Shown here: in pieces, positions 8,839 to 18,019 of the stretch
How the letters are laid out: the number at the start of each line of letters is the position of its first letter
Numbering within the stretch: the stretch's first letter is position 1
DNA from: an uncultured Bacteroidia bacterium
GTDB lineage: Bacteria; Bacteroidota; Bacteroidia; J057
Direction of reading: 5' to 3'
Length of the DNA: 64,000 bases
Assembly: GCA_964652565.1 (NCBI GenBank)
Contig: CAZZEC010000010.1
Location: 194-64,193, forward strand
Translations under genes and position numbers: made by a program
Notes under the pieces: generated by a model
Database searches by the model: none
The model's input: only the letters and a program-made list of their open reading frames with translations
Told to the model about the DNA's origin: nothing

Positions 8839-10491
8839 ATGAACTCCCAAAATATTTCAAATCTTAACCTAACAAAATTATCCAATTCATTGGACCAGGT
8901 TGTCGCTAAGCTGTCATTAGTGCAGGAGTTAACTCCTGCAAAAATACGAAAAGTAATCTTGGAAGCTGATATACATCCTGAAGAACTGCTTCCCTGGGCA
9001 GATTATGATCATCCTGTAGAAGATAGTTATGGAAGAAAACTGGTGTATAAAGGGGATAATTTTGAGATCATGGTAATGTCATGGGTTCCAGGGGATTTTA
9101 GTACCATACATGATCATGGACATACTCAATGGGGGGCTGTGCAAATATTTGGGCCAGCAGAACACGCTACCTTTAGATGGGAAGATGATCGCCTGATTAC
9201 CCTTTCCCGAATGCAGGTAGAACCTTACACTGTAGTCGGGGTTAATCACTCACTCATTCACCAGATGGGAAATCCTACCAATGACACACCCTTTTTAACT
9301 TTACATATTTACGGGGATGTACAGCCGACTGAAAATGTTACAGGAGATGCGAGAATATTTAATCTGGAAGAAGAACTGATCGAGAGGGTAGATGGAGGCG
9401 TCTTCTACGAATTACCAGAATTTCAAATAAACACAAAAGAAAAGGGGCCCAAAGGAGACTTCCCTACCTGGTTAAGAAATAAAGTTGAAAGAATTAAGAG
9501 GTTGAGAACAATAGCTCAACATAACCCTGGGAATAGACATTCACAATTATCAAAGGCTGAAAATTCTTTGTTCTCCAATGAAAGACAAGCTCAGCTTCTT
9601 CATGAACTTTCAGAAATACTGGATGAAAGTGGACATGTGATAGATGAAATTTATTGGCGAATCCTTAAAAATGAACTCATTGAAGCATGGAAACTTCAAA
9701 ATATCATCATCGGCGAAAATCGAACAGAAGATGCATTTCAAAATTATGCATTCATGTATGATGAACTGATTGGTAAGCCTTGTTTTGAATCCTTTATGAA
9801 ATCATACCTGGAGTTTTTCTTCACAAATTATGACCTGGATCCGGAACATGCTCAAATCATTTCTTTAGGATGTGGCACAGGACTCATTGAATCTTTTATG
9901 GTTGCGGAGTTGGGTATCTCATATGATAAATTGTTGGGAATAGATATCTCTCCTTCTATGGTAGAAGTCGCTCAGAAACGCATTAATGCAATCCAGGGAG
10001 ATTTACTTTCTCTACCTGTTACTGAAAATAAATGGTCAATGGCTTACAGTGGATTAAACGTACTTCATTATCTAACCCCATCCTCGCTTCCAGAGGCAAT
10101 TGATAAAATCGCACAACTTTTACAGCCCGGGGGTTACTTTGTTGGAGATTTTATTACTCCTGATCACATTAGATGGTACCCAAATATGATGCAATCATCT
10201 GATAGCAATATCATTGGTTTGCGCAACCCTGAATTAATCGAAAATGAAGGGAGAATGTTCCAGGAAAGTGAGCTCATTAATATCAATTTCAACGATCATC
10301 GTATGCGTATTACTTATTCTGGTAAACACAAAAGATTTCTTCCTCCGATGAACAGAGTGAGAGCATATTTTAAACAATCATTTGGAGGGCTAGTGGAATT
10401 ATATGATGCTGTTACGTTGGAACCTATCGCAGAACATGCAGACAGCTGCAAATCCACTCGTTATTTGCTAGTTGCTCAGAAAATGGAATGA
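8839..10491 (+). CDS. fusion protein: N-terminal cysteine-dioxygenase-type (3-His) cupin + C-terminal class I SAM-dependent methyltransferase
   Basis: 550 aa. N-terminal part: MSWVPGDFSTIHDHGHTQWGAVQIFG...NHSLIHQMGN (CDO_I-like HxH...H pattern). C-terminal part: IISLGCGTGLIESF (motif I), LLGIDISPSM, LLQPGGYFVGDF. Confidence 0.6.
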   Translation: MNSQNISNLNLTKLSNSLDQVVAKLSLVQELTPAKIRKVILEADIHPEELLPWADYDHPVEDSYGRKLVYKGDNFEIMVMSWVPGDFSTIHDHGHTQWGAVQIFGPAEHATFRWEDDRLITLSRMQVEPYTVVGVNHSLIHQMGNPTNDTPFLTLHIYGDVQPTENVTGDARIFNLEEELIERVDGGVFYELPEFQINTKEKGPKGDFPTWLRNKVERIKRLRTIAQHNPGNRHSQLSKAENSLFSNERQAQLLHELSEILDESGHVIDEIYWRILKNELIEAWKLQNIIIGENRTEDAFQNYAFMYDELIGKPCFESFMKSYLEFFFTNYDLDPEHAQIISLGCGTGLIESFMVAELGISYDKLLGIDISPSMVEVAQKRINAIQGDLLSLPVTENKWSMAYSGLNVLHYLTPSSLPEAIDKIAQLLQPGGYFVGDFITPDHIRWYPNMMQSSDSNIIGLRNPELIENEGRMFQESELININFNDHRMRITYSGKHKRFLPPMNRVRAYFKQSFGGLVELYDAVTLEPIAEHADSCKSTRYLLVAQKME

Positions 10492-10567
10492 AATATGTGA
10501 ATAGGTAGGATATCGCATGGTCAGAATTATCCATTCAATTCAGCGATACCTTACTGGGGTAAAGTAA

Positions 10568-10765
10568 TTACAATTGTCTTTCACGTAGCAAATAACTGAT
10601 TTCTCTCAATAATTCATTCTGTACTTTCAGTTGTTTGACAATTTCATTTTTCTGTACAAGGGCGCGAGTGACCAACATTGCAGGTATTATAGCAAGGAGA
10701 ATGATAAACATCAACAGGATTAATATTTCGGGCCCTTTAAGCGATTGAAGTATAGGTTCTGACAT
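10568..10765 (-). CDS. hypothetical small membrane protein (1 TM + charged helical tail)
   Basis: 65-aa ORF with a hydrophobic segment ILILLMFIILLAIIPAMLV. No family recognised, and coding status is uncertain. Confidence 0.3.
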   Translation of the reverse strand: MSEPILQSLKGPEILILLMFIILLAIIPAMLVTRALVQKNEIVKQLKVQNELLREISYLLRERQL

Positions 10766-10934
10766 GTATGCAGCAGTTGATATGACTGGTTAATGATTAA
10801 TAAGCTCATTTTAAAAATACCACTCAAATCAACCATATGGTATGATACTTTTCTCACCTCACATACTGTAGAAAACAGGTATAAACATATGGTAGTGAGA
10901 GGAATTACTGTCAGATTTTTATGGCGTCTGTTAC

Positions 10935-13709
10935 CTAATGTGCTTCCAGCCATGTATCTCCGGTTCCCATTTCCACCTCGAGGGGAACCGTCAGATCTGC
11001 TGCATTCATCATATTCTCTTTGACAATTTCTTTCACAGTATCAATTTCACTTTTGTGGACATCGAATACCAATTCATCGTGAACCTGGAGAATCATCTTT
11101 GATCTGAGATTTTTTTCATCAAAGGTGTTGTAAATATTAATCATCGCCAATTTTATGATATCGGCGGCAGTACCTTGGATCGGAGAATTAATGGCGTTGC
11201 GCTCTGCGACCCCGCGCACCGTTGCATTCTTGGAACGGATATCTGGCAAATATCTCCGTCTGCCAAAATGTGTTTCTACAAAGCCATTCTTCTTTGCAAA
11301 AGCTATACTCTCATCCATATATGCCTTAATCCTGGGATAGGTAGTGAAATAGGTCTCTATGATATCTTTTGCCTCTGAACGAGAAATGCCCATACGCTGA
11401 CTTAACCCAAAAGCAGAAATTCCATAGATAATACCGAAATTTACCTGCTTGGCCTGAGATCGCTGTTCAGGAGTAACCTCTTCTGTACTTACGCCGAACA
11501 CTCTGGAAGCAGCATCGCGATGTATATCAGCCCCTTCCTGGAATGCTTGAATCATGTTTTCATCTCCACTTAATGAGGCCATCAGCCTCAACTCTACTTG
11601 AGAGTAGTCCGCAGAGAGTAATACATGTTCCTTATCTCTGGGAATAAACCCCTTTCTTACTTCGCGTCCATCCTGAGTGCGAATGGGGATATTTTGCAGG
11701 TTGGGTTCTAGTGAACTCAGCCTTCCTGTTACAGCGACAGATTGACTATAAGTAGTATGCACCCTGCCCGTTTGAGGATTGATCAGCTTGGGTAGGGCAT
11801 CGACATATGTGGATTTCAATTTTGTGATCCCACGATAAGCTAGTACGCGGTCTGGTAGTTCGTACTTTACCGCCAGATCCTGAAGTATTTGCTCATTAGT
11901 AGAATATTGCCCGGTCTTGGTTTTTTTAGATCTTTTACCCTTACCCAACTCTAGCTTATCAAACATGATCTCTCCTAATTGCTTGGGAGAATTGATGTTG
12001 AATGTTTCTCCTGCCAATTCATAGATTTGCTTTTCAAGAGTAATCAATCTTTCCGCCAGTTCCTGAGAATATTCACTCAACGTTTGCTCATCAATGTTAA
12101 CACCCGTATACTCCATATCTGTTAACACAGACATGAGCGGTTGCTCTACTCTTTCAAAAATGAAATTCTCTTTTACTTTAGGAGAAAGAATTTCATACAG
12201 CCTCCAGGTGATATCTGCATCCTCTGCTGCATAGTCTGAAACCTCTTCTACAGGTATATCTCTCATACTTTTCTGCTTCTTCCCTTTTTTGCCGATGAGT
12301 GTCGTTATCGAAATGGGAGAATAATTGAGCAGTTCTCTTGACATAGCATCCATTCCATGCTTTCCCGAAGGTTTTACCACATAATGAGCAAGCATCGTGT
12401 CAAAGGTAGGATCACTCACCTCCACACCATAATTTTTTAATACTAATGCATCGTATTTTAAATTTTGTCCTACTTTCAAGATGTCTTTGCTTGTCAAGAC
12501 ATCTTTGAACAATTCAATGATTGCCATTGCTTCAGATCTATCCGCTGAAACAGGAATATAATAAGCTTCCCCTTTTGTCAATGCAATAGCTATTCCCACC
12601 AATTCCGCTTCTAGCGCATTCAGTGAGGTGGTTTCCGTATCAAAACAAAAACTACCCTGCTGTGTAATACGCGTAATAAGCAACTGTATTTCCGCTTGAG
12701 AAGTTACTAAATGATACTTCTGTTCAGTACTTTCAAACTTGTCTAACCCGACGTCTAGCACATCCTGACCTCCTCCATTATCAATGGAGTTTCCAAAGAG
12801 GTCCGTCTGAGGCGTTGCGGCCATTGGGTTTAACTTACTATTCATGATACGTTGAGCAGTAGTACGAAACTCCAACTCCTGCATGAGTTCCAACAAGGCA
12901 TCCATATCGCAATGCCCCATTTTCAGTGCATCCAGGGACCAATCTACAGGTACTTCCGTATTGATAGTTGCTAATTCTTTAGAGAGTAATCCCTGCTCTT
13001 TGTGCTCTAGTAATGTCTTGCGTATACTTTTTTTGGTGATCTGCTCTGCGTTCTCAATGGCCTCCTCAATGGTGGAAAATTCTTTAAGTAATGAAACTGC
13101 CGTTTTATCTCCAATTTTTGGAACTCCAGGGATATTATCGCTTGCATCTCCTTTTAACCCCAAAAAATCAACGATTTGAGAAGGAGGAAGACCAAACTTT
13201 TCTTCGATTTCAGCTATACCCATGACATCAAATCCCCCACCCTTATATTTAGGTCGGTAGAGGAAAACATTGTCCCGTACCAGTTGAGCAAAGTCTTTGT
13301 CAGGGGTTACCATAAAAACTTCATATTCTTTCTCTGGAACCCCTAAAGCAATCGTACCTATGATATCATCGGCTTCGTAGCCATCTAACTTTAATGTAGG
13401 GATATCCAGGATTTGTAACAACTGAAATACATAGGGTATATTGGCGTCTAAATCTTCGGGTTTATCCTCCCGGTGACCTTTGTAATCGGGAAATCGTTCG
13501 TGTCGGAATGTAGGTTTATCTGTATCAAAGGCTACAGCCAAATGTGTTGGATCTTCCTTGTTAATGATTTCCAATAGGGTATTTGTAAAACCAAATATAG
13601 CTGAGGTATTGAGTCCAGAGGTAGTTCTTCTTGGATTACTGATAAAGGCAAAATGTGAACGATACAAAATGGCCATTGCATCCAGAAGAAATAATTTATG
13701 TTTTGACAT
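10935..13709 (-). CDS. polA: DNA polymerase I (5'-3' exonuclease, 3'-5' exonuclease and polymerase domains)
   Basis: 924 aa. N-terminal FEN-like LLDAMAILYRSHFA. Polymerase motifs DYSQVELRLMA, QVNFGIIYG and ILQVHDELVFD. Confidence 0.95.
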   Translation of the reverse strand: MSKHKLFLLDAMAILYRSHFAFISNPRRTTSGLNTSAIFGFTNTLLEIINKEDPTHLAVAFDTDKPTFRHERFPDYKGHREDKPEDLDANIPYVFQLLQILDIPTLKLDGYEADDIIGTIALGVPEKEYEVFMVTPDKDFAQLVRDNVFLYRPKYKGGGFDVMGIAEIEEKFGLPPSQIVDFLGLKGDASDNIPGVPKIGDKTAVSLLKEFSTIEEAIENAEQITKKSIRKTLLEHKEQGLLSKELATINTEVPVDWSLDALKMGHCDMDALLELMQELEFRTTAQRIMNSKLNPMAATPQTDLFGNSIDNGGGQDVLDVGLDKFESTEQKYHLVTSQAEIQLLITRITQQGSFCFDTETTSLNALEAELVGIAIALTKGEAYYIPVSADRSEAMAIIELFKDVLTSKDILKVGQNLKYDALVLKNYGVEVSDPTFDTMLAHYVVKPSGKHGMDAMSRELLNYSPISITTLIGKKGKKQKSMRDIPVEEVSDYAAEDADITWRLYEILSPKVKENFIFERVEQPLMSVLTDMEYTGVNIDEQTLSEYSQELAERLITLEKQIYELAGETFNINSPKQLGEIMFDKLELGKGKRSKKTKTGQYSTNEQILQDLAVKYELPDRVLAYRGITKLKSTYVDALPKLINPQTGRVHTTYSQSVAVTGRLSSLEPNLQNIPIRTQDGREVRKGFIPRDKEHVLLSADYSQVELRLMASLSGDENMIQAFQEGADIHRDAASRVFGVSTEEVTPEQRSQAKQVNFGIIYGISAFGLSQRMGISRSEAKDIIETYFTTYPRIKAYMDESIAFAKKNGFVETHFGRRRYLPDIRSKNATVRGVAERNAINSPIQGTAADIIKLAMINIYNTFDEKNLRSKMILQVHDELVFDVHKSEIDTVKEIVKENMMNAADLTVPLEVEMGTGDTWLEAH

Positions 13710-13826
13710 ATCTTTCTATTTATACGCTGCTTTTTCCGGTTCCTGCTTACAGAAATCACTGTAAAATTACTGTTAACTTACAAAGGAATTAACATTTCTC
13801 TAGCATCTTTTATCTAACTTCGAACC

Positions 13827-14480
13827 ATGTTAGATATTTATCTCATTCGCCACGCTGAAAGCGAAGGAAATGTAAATAACCACTATATAGGTGGAAGGTC
13901 CAATCATTTTAACCTAACGGATAGAGGTGTAGAGCAGGCAAGGAAGTTAGGCCAAAGGCTCAATAAAGAGAAAATTACATTTGATTATGTGTTCAGTTCT
14001 ATTGCAGTAAGAGCCAAACACACTGCTGAAATCATCTGTGAAGAAATTCCATTTCCAACCCAACAGATTCATTTTGCAGAACATTTAGTGGAATTATCGC
14101 AAGGTGAATGGGAGGGTCAATTACGAGAGTTGCATTTCACCCCGGAAAGAAGACAAGAAATTGACAATGATCCCTGGAATTTCACCCCTCCCGGCGGAGA
14201 ATCTCAGCGAGAAGTAGAAGAACGGATGTTTGATTGGATTTGTGAACACGTAATCCCACTAAAAGAGGAAAAACCACGAGTGGCAATTGTATCTCATGGA
14301 ATGGCCATTAAAAGTCTGTTTCGAAAGATCATGGACGCCAATCCAGCTATGACCAGGAATACCATTTTACATAATACTGCTTTTACACGATTGATGTATC
14401 TAGAGGAGACATGGATGGTAGAAAGATTTAATGACCATGCGCATCTCAATGGTACAGGCTTTGTCGATCACTACGGCTGA
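13827..14480 (+). CDS. histidine phosphatase family protein (phosphoglycerate-mutase-like)
   Basis: 217 aa. The N-terminal IYLIRHAESEGN is the RHG catalytic motif. A later SHG (VSHGMAIK) is also present. Confidence 0.8.
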   Translation: MLDIYLIRHAESEGNVNNHYIGGRSNHFNLTDRGVEQARKLGQRLNKEKITFDYVFSSIAVRAKHTAEIICEEIPFPTQQIHFAEHLVELSQGEWEGQLRELHFTPERRQEIDNDPWNFTPPGGESQREVEERMFDWICEHVIPLKEEKPRVAIVSHGMAIKSLFRKIMDANPAMTRNTILHNTAFTRLMYLEETWMVERFNDHAHLNGTGFVDHYG

Positions 14481-14590
14481 TCTTTTTTCTTACGGGCTTC
14501 AATTTTTATGGCTAAGGAAAGGAAGTACATAAATCCTCCAATTATTATTCCTACGATGGCGATCATGCTTATGATACTTGAGGTGGTCAT
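14471..14590 (-). CDS. candidate small subunit of the NSS transporter (MetS-like micro-protein, 39 aa); not in the ORF track
   Basis: ATG at 14590 (minus strand) to TAG at 14471-14473: MTTSSIISMIAIVGIIIGGFMYFLSLAIKIEARKKKDQP*. One TM plus a basic tail, same strand as and downstream of the NSS gene. This resembles the methionine/alanine-importer small-subunit family. The 181-nt gap to the transporter is atypical. Confidence 0.35.
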   Translation of the reverse strand: MTTSSIISMIAIVGIIIGGFMYFLSLAIKIEARKKKDQP

Positions 14591-14771
14591 ATGTGTATTG
14601 TTAAATTGTGGTATTGTTAGATTTTATAACGTCATATTGTTTGATTGCTAAATTGTGAAGACAAACCACTATATAGTGATTTTGATTTTCTGTCGTCAAA
14701 CTATCGTCCGTGGTCTGTCATCCATCTGTACAACTATGTACTTTCTGATTTAAGGACTCCCTTACAACCAA

Positions 14772-16277
14772 TCAACCATTGTCTACAAATCTTTTATACA
14801 GATAGCGATTGAATATAATTCCTATCAAAATGACCAATCCCCATTGAGTGAGAATAGATGCATTGCTATAAACACTAAATACATTCCATTGCCCTTGTTC
14901 ATTGAACCAGGGAAATGGGTCGTACCCTTGAGACATCCACCAGTAAATCAATACCAATGCCAAAATAAAATTGATGGGCATAGCGATCATGAAAAACCAG
15001 GTGCCTACCTTATAATCAGAATCCCCGTCTATAAAGTCATGTTTAAATTTGGCTACCCCATATTTCAGAACGGAGAATACTATGAATAACCCAGATACCA
15101 CCAATCCTATTCCCCACACCCAATCCTGGTTCGAAAACACCTCTAAAGACCATGCTGAAGGGAACCCCAATATGATACAAAAAACCCCTGCTTTGATAGC
15201 AGCAGCCTTTCTGCTATTTCCCAAATCGCCAAGGATTTTGATAAACATTTCAATCATAGCCAGTAATGAACTAAAGGCAGCTAAGCAAAAAGCGCCAAAG
15301 AATATCACAGCCAACAGTGCCCCCCCAGGAATCTGGGTAAACAGTTGGGGAATAATGCTAAAGGTCAATGCCTGATTGCCTGCTTGTAAATAGGAAATGG
15401 CATCTTGTTCAGATACGGCGAGGGCAAATACAGAGGGCAAGATGGCAAAACCGGCGAGCAACGAAGCACTATTGTTGCCAAAACCACTGATGAATATATT
15501 CAGGGTCACATCTTCTTTGTTTCGCGAATAGGAAGACAGCGTCATCATCAATCCCCACCCTGCTCCTGTAGACCATGCAGATTGTGAAAGTGCCTCTAGC
15601 CAGACTGTGGCATTACCAAACAGTTCGGGCTTAATTTCAAACATATATTGAAGTCCCAGTATACCATTTTCCATACTTAGAGAGGTAATACTAATAATGA
15701 CTAATAGTATAAATAAAGAAGGTATCAAGATCTTATTAGCGACTTCCAGACCTTTTTGAACCCCTCTTAACAAAAAGAAGCTTCCAGCTACTACAGCTAT
15801 TACATGCAAGATAATCGTAACAAGATTCCCTGTGGACAAGTTTTCCCAATATTGAGTGAGATAATCTGGATTATCTTGTAGCTTGACTGCTAGTGTTTCC
15901 CCTCCTATTATGTACTGATAGGCATCTCCCAGCGCCAATCCAAAATATCGAAGTCCCCAACCTGTAACTACAGAATAGTAAAATGCTATTCCCAAGGTAC
16001 AAAGTGTAATAAAAAATCCCATCCAGGTAAAATACTTACCTGTCATGCCACCAAATGAACCAATAATCCCTTTTTTGATATGTTTTCCCATAGAAAACTC
16101 TGCCAACAAAATCGGAATGGACCATATCAATAAAAAGATGATCCAAAGTAGTAAAAATGTACCTCCATATTGACCCGCTAAACGAGGAAAACGCCATAGA
16201 TTACCTGCACCTATAGCCATACCAAGAGAAGCCAGTATTAATCCCCAGCGGTTGCTGAATTGCTCTTGTTGAGACAT
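14772..16277 (-). CDS. sodium-dependent neurotransmitter:sodium symporter (NSS/SNF) family transporter
   Basis: 501 aa with about 11-12 TM segments. N-terminal WGLILASLGMAIGAGNLWRFP is the NSS signature. Confidence 0.9.
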   Translation of the reverse strand: MSQQEQFSNRWGLILASLGMAIGAGNLWRFPRLAGQYGGTFLLLWIIFLLIWSIPILLAEFSMGKHIKKGIIGSFGGMTGKYFTWMGFFITLCTLGIAFYYSVVTGWGLRYFGLALGDAYQYIIGGETLAVKLQDNPDYLTQYWENLSTGNLVTIILHVIAVVAGSFFLLRGVQKGLEVANKILIPSLFILLVIISITSLSMENGILGLQYMFEIKPELFGNATVWLEALSQSAWSTGAGWGLMMTLSSYSRNKEDVTLNIFISGFGNNSASLLAGFAILPSVFALAVSEQDAISYLQAGNQALTFSIIPQLFTQIPGGALLAVIFFGAFCLAAFSSLLAMIEMFIKILGDLGNSRKAAAIKAGVFCIILGFPSAWSLEVFSNQDWVWGIGLVVSGLFIVFSVLKYGVAKFKHDFIDGDSDYKVGTWFFMIAMPINFILALVLIYWWMSQGYDPFPWFNEQGQWNVFSVYSNASILTQWGLVILIGIIFNRYLYKRFVDNG

Positions 16278-16359
16278 AGTAAAGTTTGATCGTAAGTTAT
16301 CTTATAAGTAAAGCAGTAGCGGGCGATTTTACAATAAATCTCAGAAAACAAACATAAAT

Positions 16360-16444
16360 ATGCCATCTTGGCATACACAACAACCATAAAACTGCCTTAA
16401 TGGCATATAAAATGGGTAAAATGACACTAAAAATGAGTTGGCAT
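16360..16444 (+). promoter_or_regulatory. Cluster of three TGGCAT elements upstream of hsp20, two of them as TGCC-N5-GGCA inverted repeats
   Basis: ATGCCATCTTGGCAT (16360-16374), TGCCTTAATGGCA (16393-16405), TTGGCAT (16438-16444). The last TGGCAT starts 60 nt before the ATG. The same element sits 61 nt before the clpB ATG. Confidence 0.3.
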
Positions 16445-16498
16445 ACAGCTTGTCCTTAAGAAAGTGTAATCAAAAATTAAAACTGAAACTAAAAGATC

Positions 16499-16930
16499 AT
16501 GATAAGAAAATATTATTATCCCACACGTTCACACAAGCACTACTTTGATGACTTTGTTACTAAAGCATTATGGGACGTATCAAACACAAATAGTACGCGC
16601 AACAACAATCCTGCAGTCAACATTAAAGAAGTTAATGAAGGTTATGAGATTGAATTAGTTGCTCCTGGCTTGAATAAAGAGGATTTTGAATTGACACTTG
16701 ATGACAATCAATTGACTGTTTCAATCAAGCAGGCTAAAGAGAGCGAAAACAGTGAATCCCCAAACTATATTAGAAAAGAATTTAGTCTGGATGCATTCAA
16801 ACGAACCTTTTCGCTCAAACCAAATACTTTTGATTTAGATAATGTAGAGGCAAGATATGAGGGGGGGATTCTTACAATCAGTTTACATAAACTACCTGAA
16901 GTTGAGCCTCAAAAAATTGATATAGCATAA
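16499..16930 (+). CDS. Hsp20/alpha-crystallin family small heat-shock protein
   Basis: 143 aa. Alpha-crystallin domain PAVNIKEVNEGYEIELVAPGLNKEDFELTLDDNQLTVS...ARYEGGILTISL. Confidence 0.9.
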   Translation: MIRKYYYPTRSHKHYFDDFVTKALWDVSNTNSTRNNNPAVNIKEVNEGYEIELVAPGLNKEDFELTLDDNQLTVSIKQAKESENSESPNYIRKEFSLDAFKRTFSLKPNTFDLDNVEARYEGGILTISLHKLPEVEPQKIDIA

Positions 16931-17026
16931 ATATAAACCCTAGCCATGGGTATGCAGTCTTAAAGAGTGCAATTCTTAAGGTGTAAATAAGAAATAATTA
17001 GGTTGAGTAGTAGTGGTTGGGTTGTA

Positions 17027-17057
17027 AAGGGTGGCTGTTGCCACCCTTCTTTTTATT
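17027..17057 (+). terminator. Rho-independent terminator after hsp20 (possibly bidirectional)
   Basis: AAGGGTGGC-TGTT-GCCACCCTT followed by CTTTTTATT. It abuts the 3' end of the convergent gene at 17056. Confidence 0.6.
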
Positions 17058-17964
17058 ACTCATTTATTGAGTTCCTGGAGCTTTTTATCTCCAAATTTCC
17101 CACCAAATTATATATTCCGAGAATCAGTACCCCGAACGCGACTGCCCCTACGATTAACGCAGTGTTAGTTATACCTTCTGCTGTAAAGGAAATTCGTATG
17201 AGTATGGTAGAAATAATAAATCCTGAATTTCGAATGAGTTGACTATAGCTCTCAGTATATTTTAACGAAATGATCAATACAAATACATCCACCAAGATAA
17301 GCAGGGTAAAAAATTCGTTATAAAAAATGTCATTAACATCCGAGAGTTCCTCTATCAATCCCAGGTTAAACTTCCTGGCTTCAATCAACCAATCTATAAG
17401 ACTATATATGGCTAATCCCACCAGAATTACAATCAACAATAAACTTATCGCACGTTTAAGCGTAATAAATTTTTCTAATTTATGTGGAGAGGTAAACTTG
17501 GGTCTTTTGAGATTGAAGTAGTAAAAAAGAAAAATCAAAAAGAACAGTGCCAAAAACCCTATCATATCAATGGTAAGTTGCAAATTGTATGCATTAGAAA
17601 ACCAATGATCGGCATCCACATCCATCTTGACAATATCTTTGTATATTCTACGGATAAGAATTAGTGAAATGATCTCATATTGCTTAGCAATAGACGTACT
17701 AAACGAGTCTGGGATGTAATACACCAGCAAAAACACCTCATAGATTAGAATGAAGGAAAATGGTGTATAAATGGCAGAAGTAGGACTCTCCAGTAGTTGG
17801 TGTGTCTTTTCAGATGTTTGGATTAATCCCCATTCATCAGCGAAAATCAAGCCCAGATGTATGAAGAAACCTACTATGGCAAGGTATAAAATACCTACTT
17901 CTATTCTGTGCTTGATCTTCTCCTGAAATATACTTTGGAAAATATGATTAACGTTTCGACTCAT
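17056..17964 (-). CDS. hypothetical polytopic membrane protein (about 7-8 TM segments)
   Basis: 302-aa ORF with an ATG start and repeated hydrophobic segments. No family recognised. Confidence 0.5.
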   Translation of the reverse strand: MSRNVNHIFQSIFQEKIKHRIEVGILYLAIVGFFIHLGLIFADEWGLIQTSEKTHQLLESPTSAIYTPFSFILIYEVFLLVYYIPDSFSTSIAKQYEIISLILIRRIYKDIVKMDVDADHWFSNAYNLQLTIDMIGFLALFFLIFLFYYFNLKRPKFTSPHKLEKFITLKRAISLLLIVILVGLAIYSLIDWLIEARKFNLGLIEELSDVNDIFYNEFFTLLILVDVFVLIISLKYTESYSQLIRNSGFIISTILIRISFTAEGITNTALIVGAVAFGVLILGIYNLVGNLEIKSSRNSINE

Positions 17965-18019
17965 AATTTTATAACAACAGTATATTCTTAAGAGTTTGAA
18001 ATCCTCTCACATCATGAGT

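Noticed and set aside
16438-16455. Reading TTGGCATACAGCTTGTCC (hsp20) and TTGGCATGTATTCGTGT (clpB, 57266-57282) as sigma-54 (-24 GG / -12 GC) promoters
   Set aside because: The hsp20 copy has TGGCA-N6-TTGT (T instead of the essential C of the -12 GC), and the clpB copy has no TTGC at the right spacing. No enhancer-binding protein gene is nearby. It is kept only as an unexplained shared motif.
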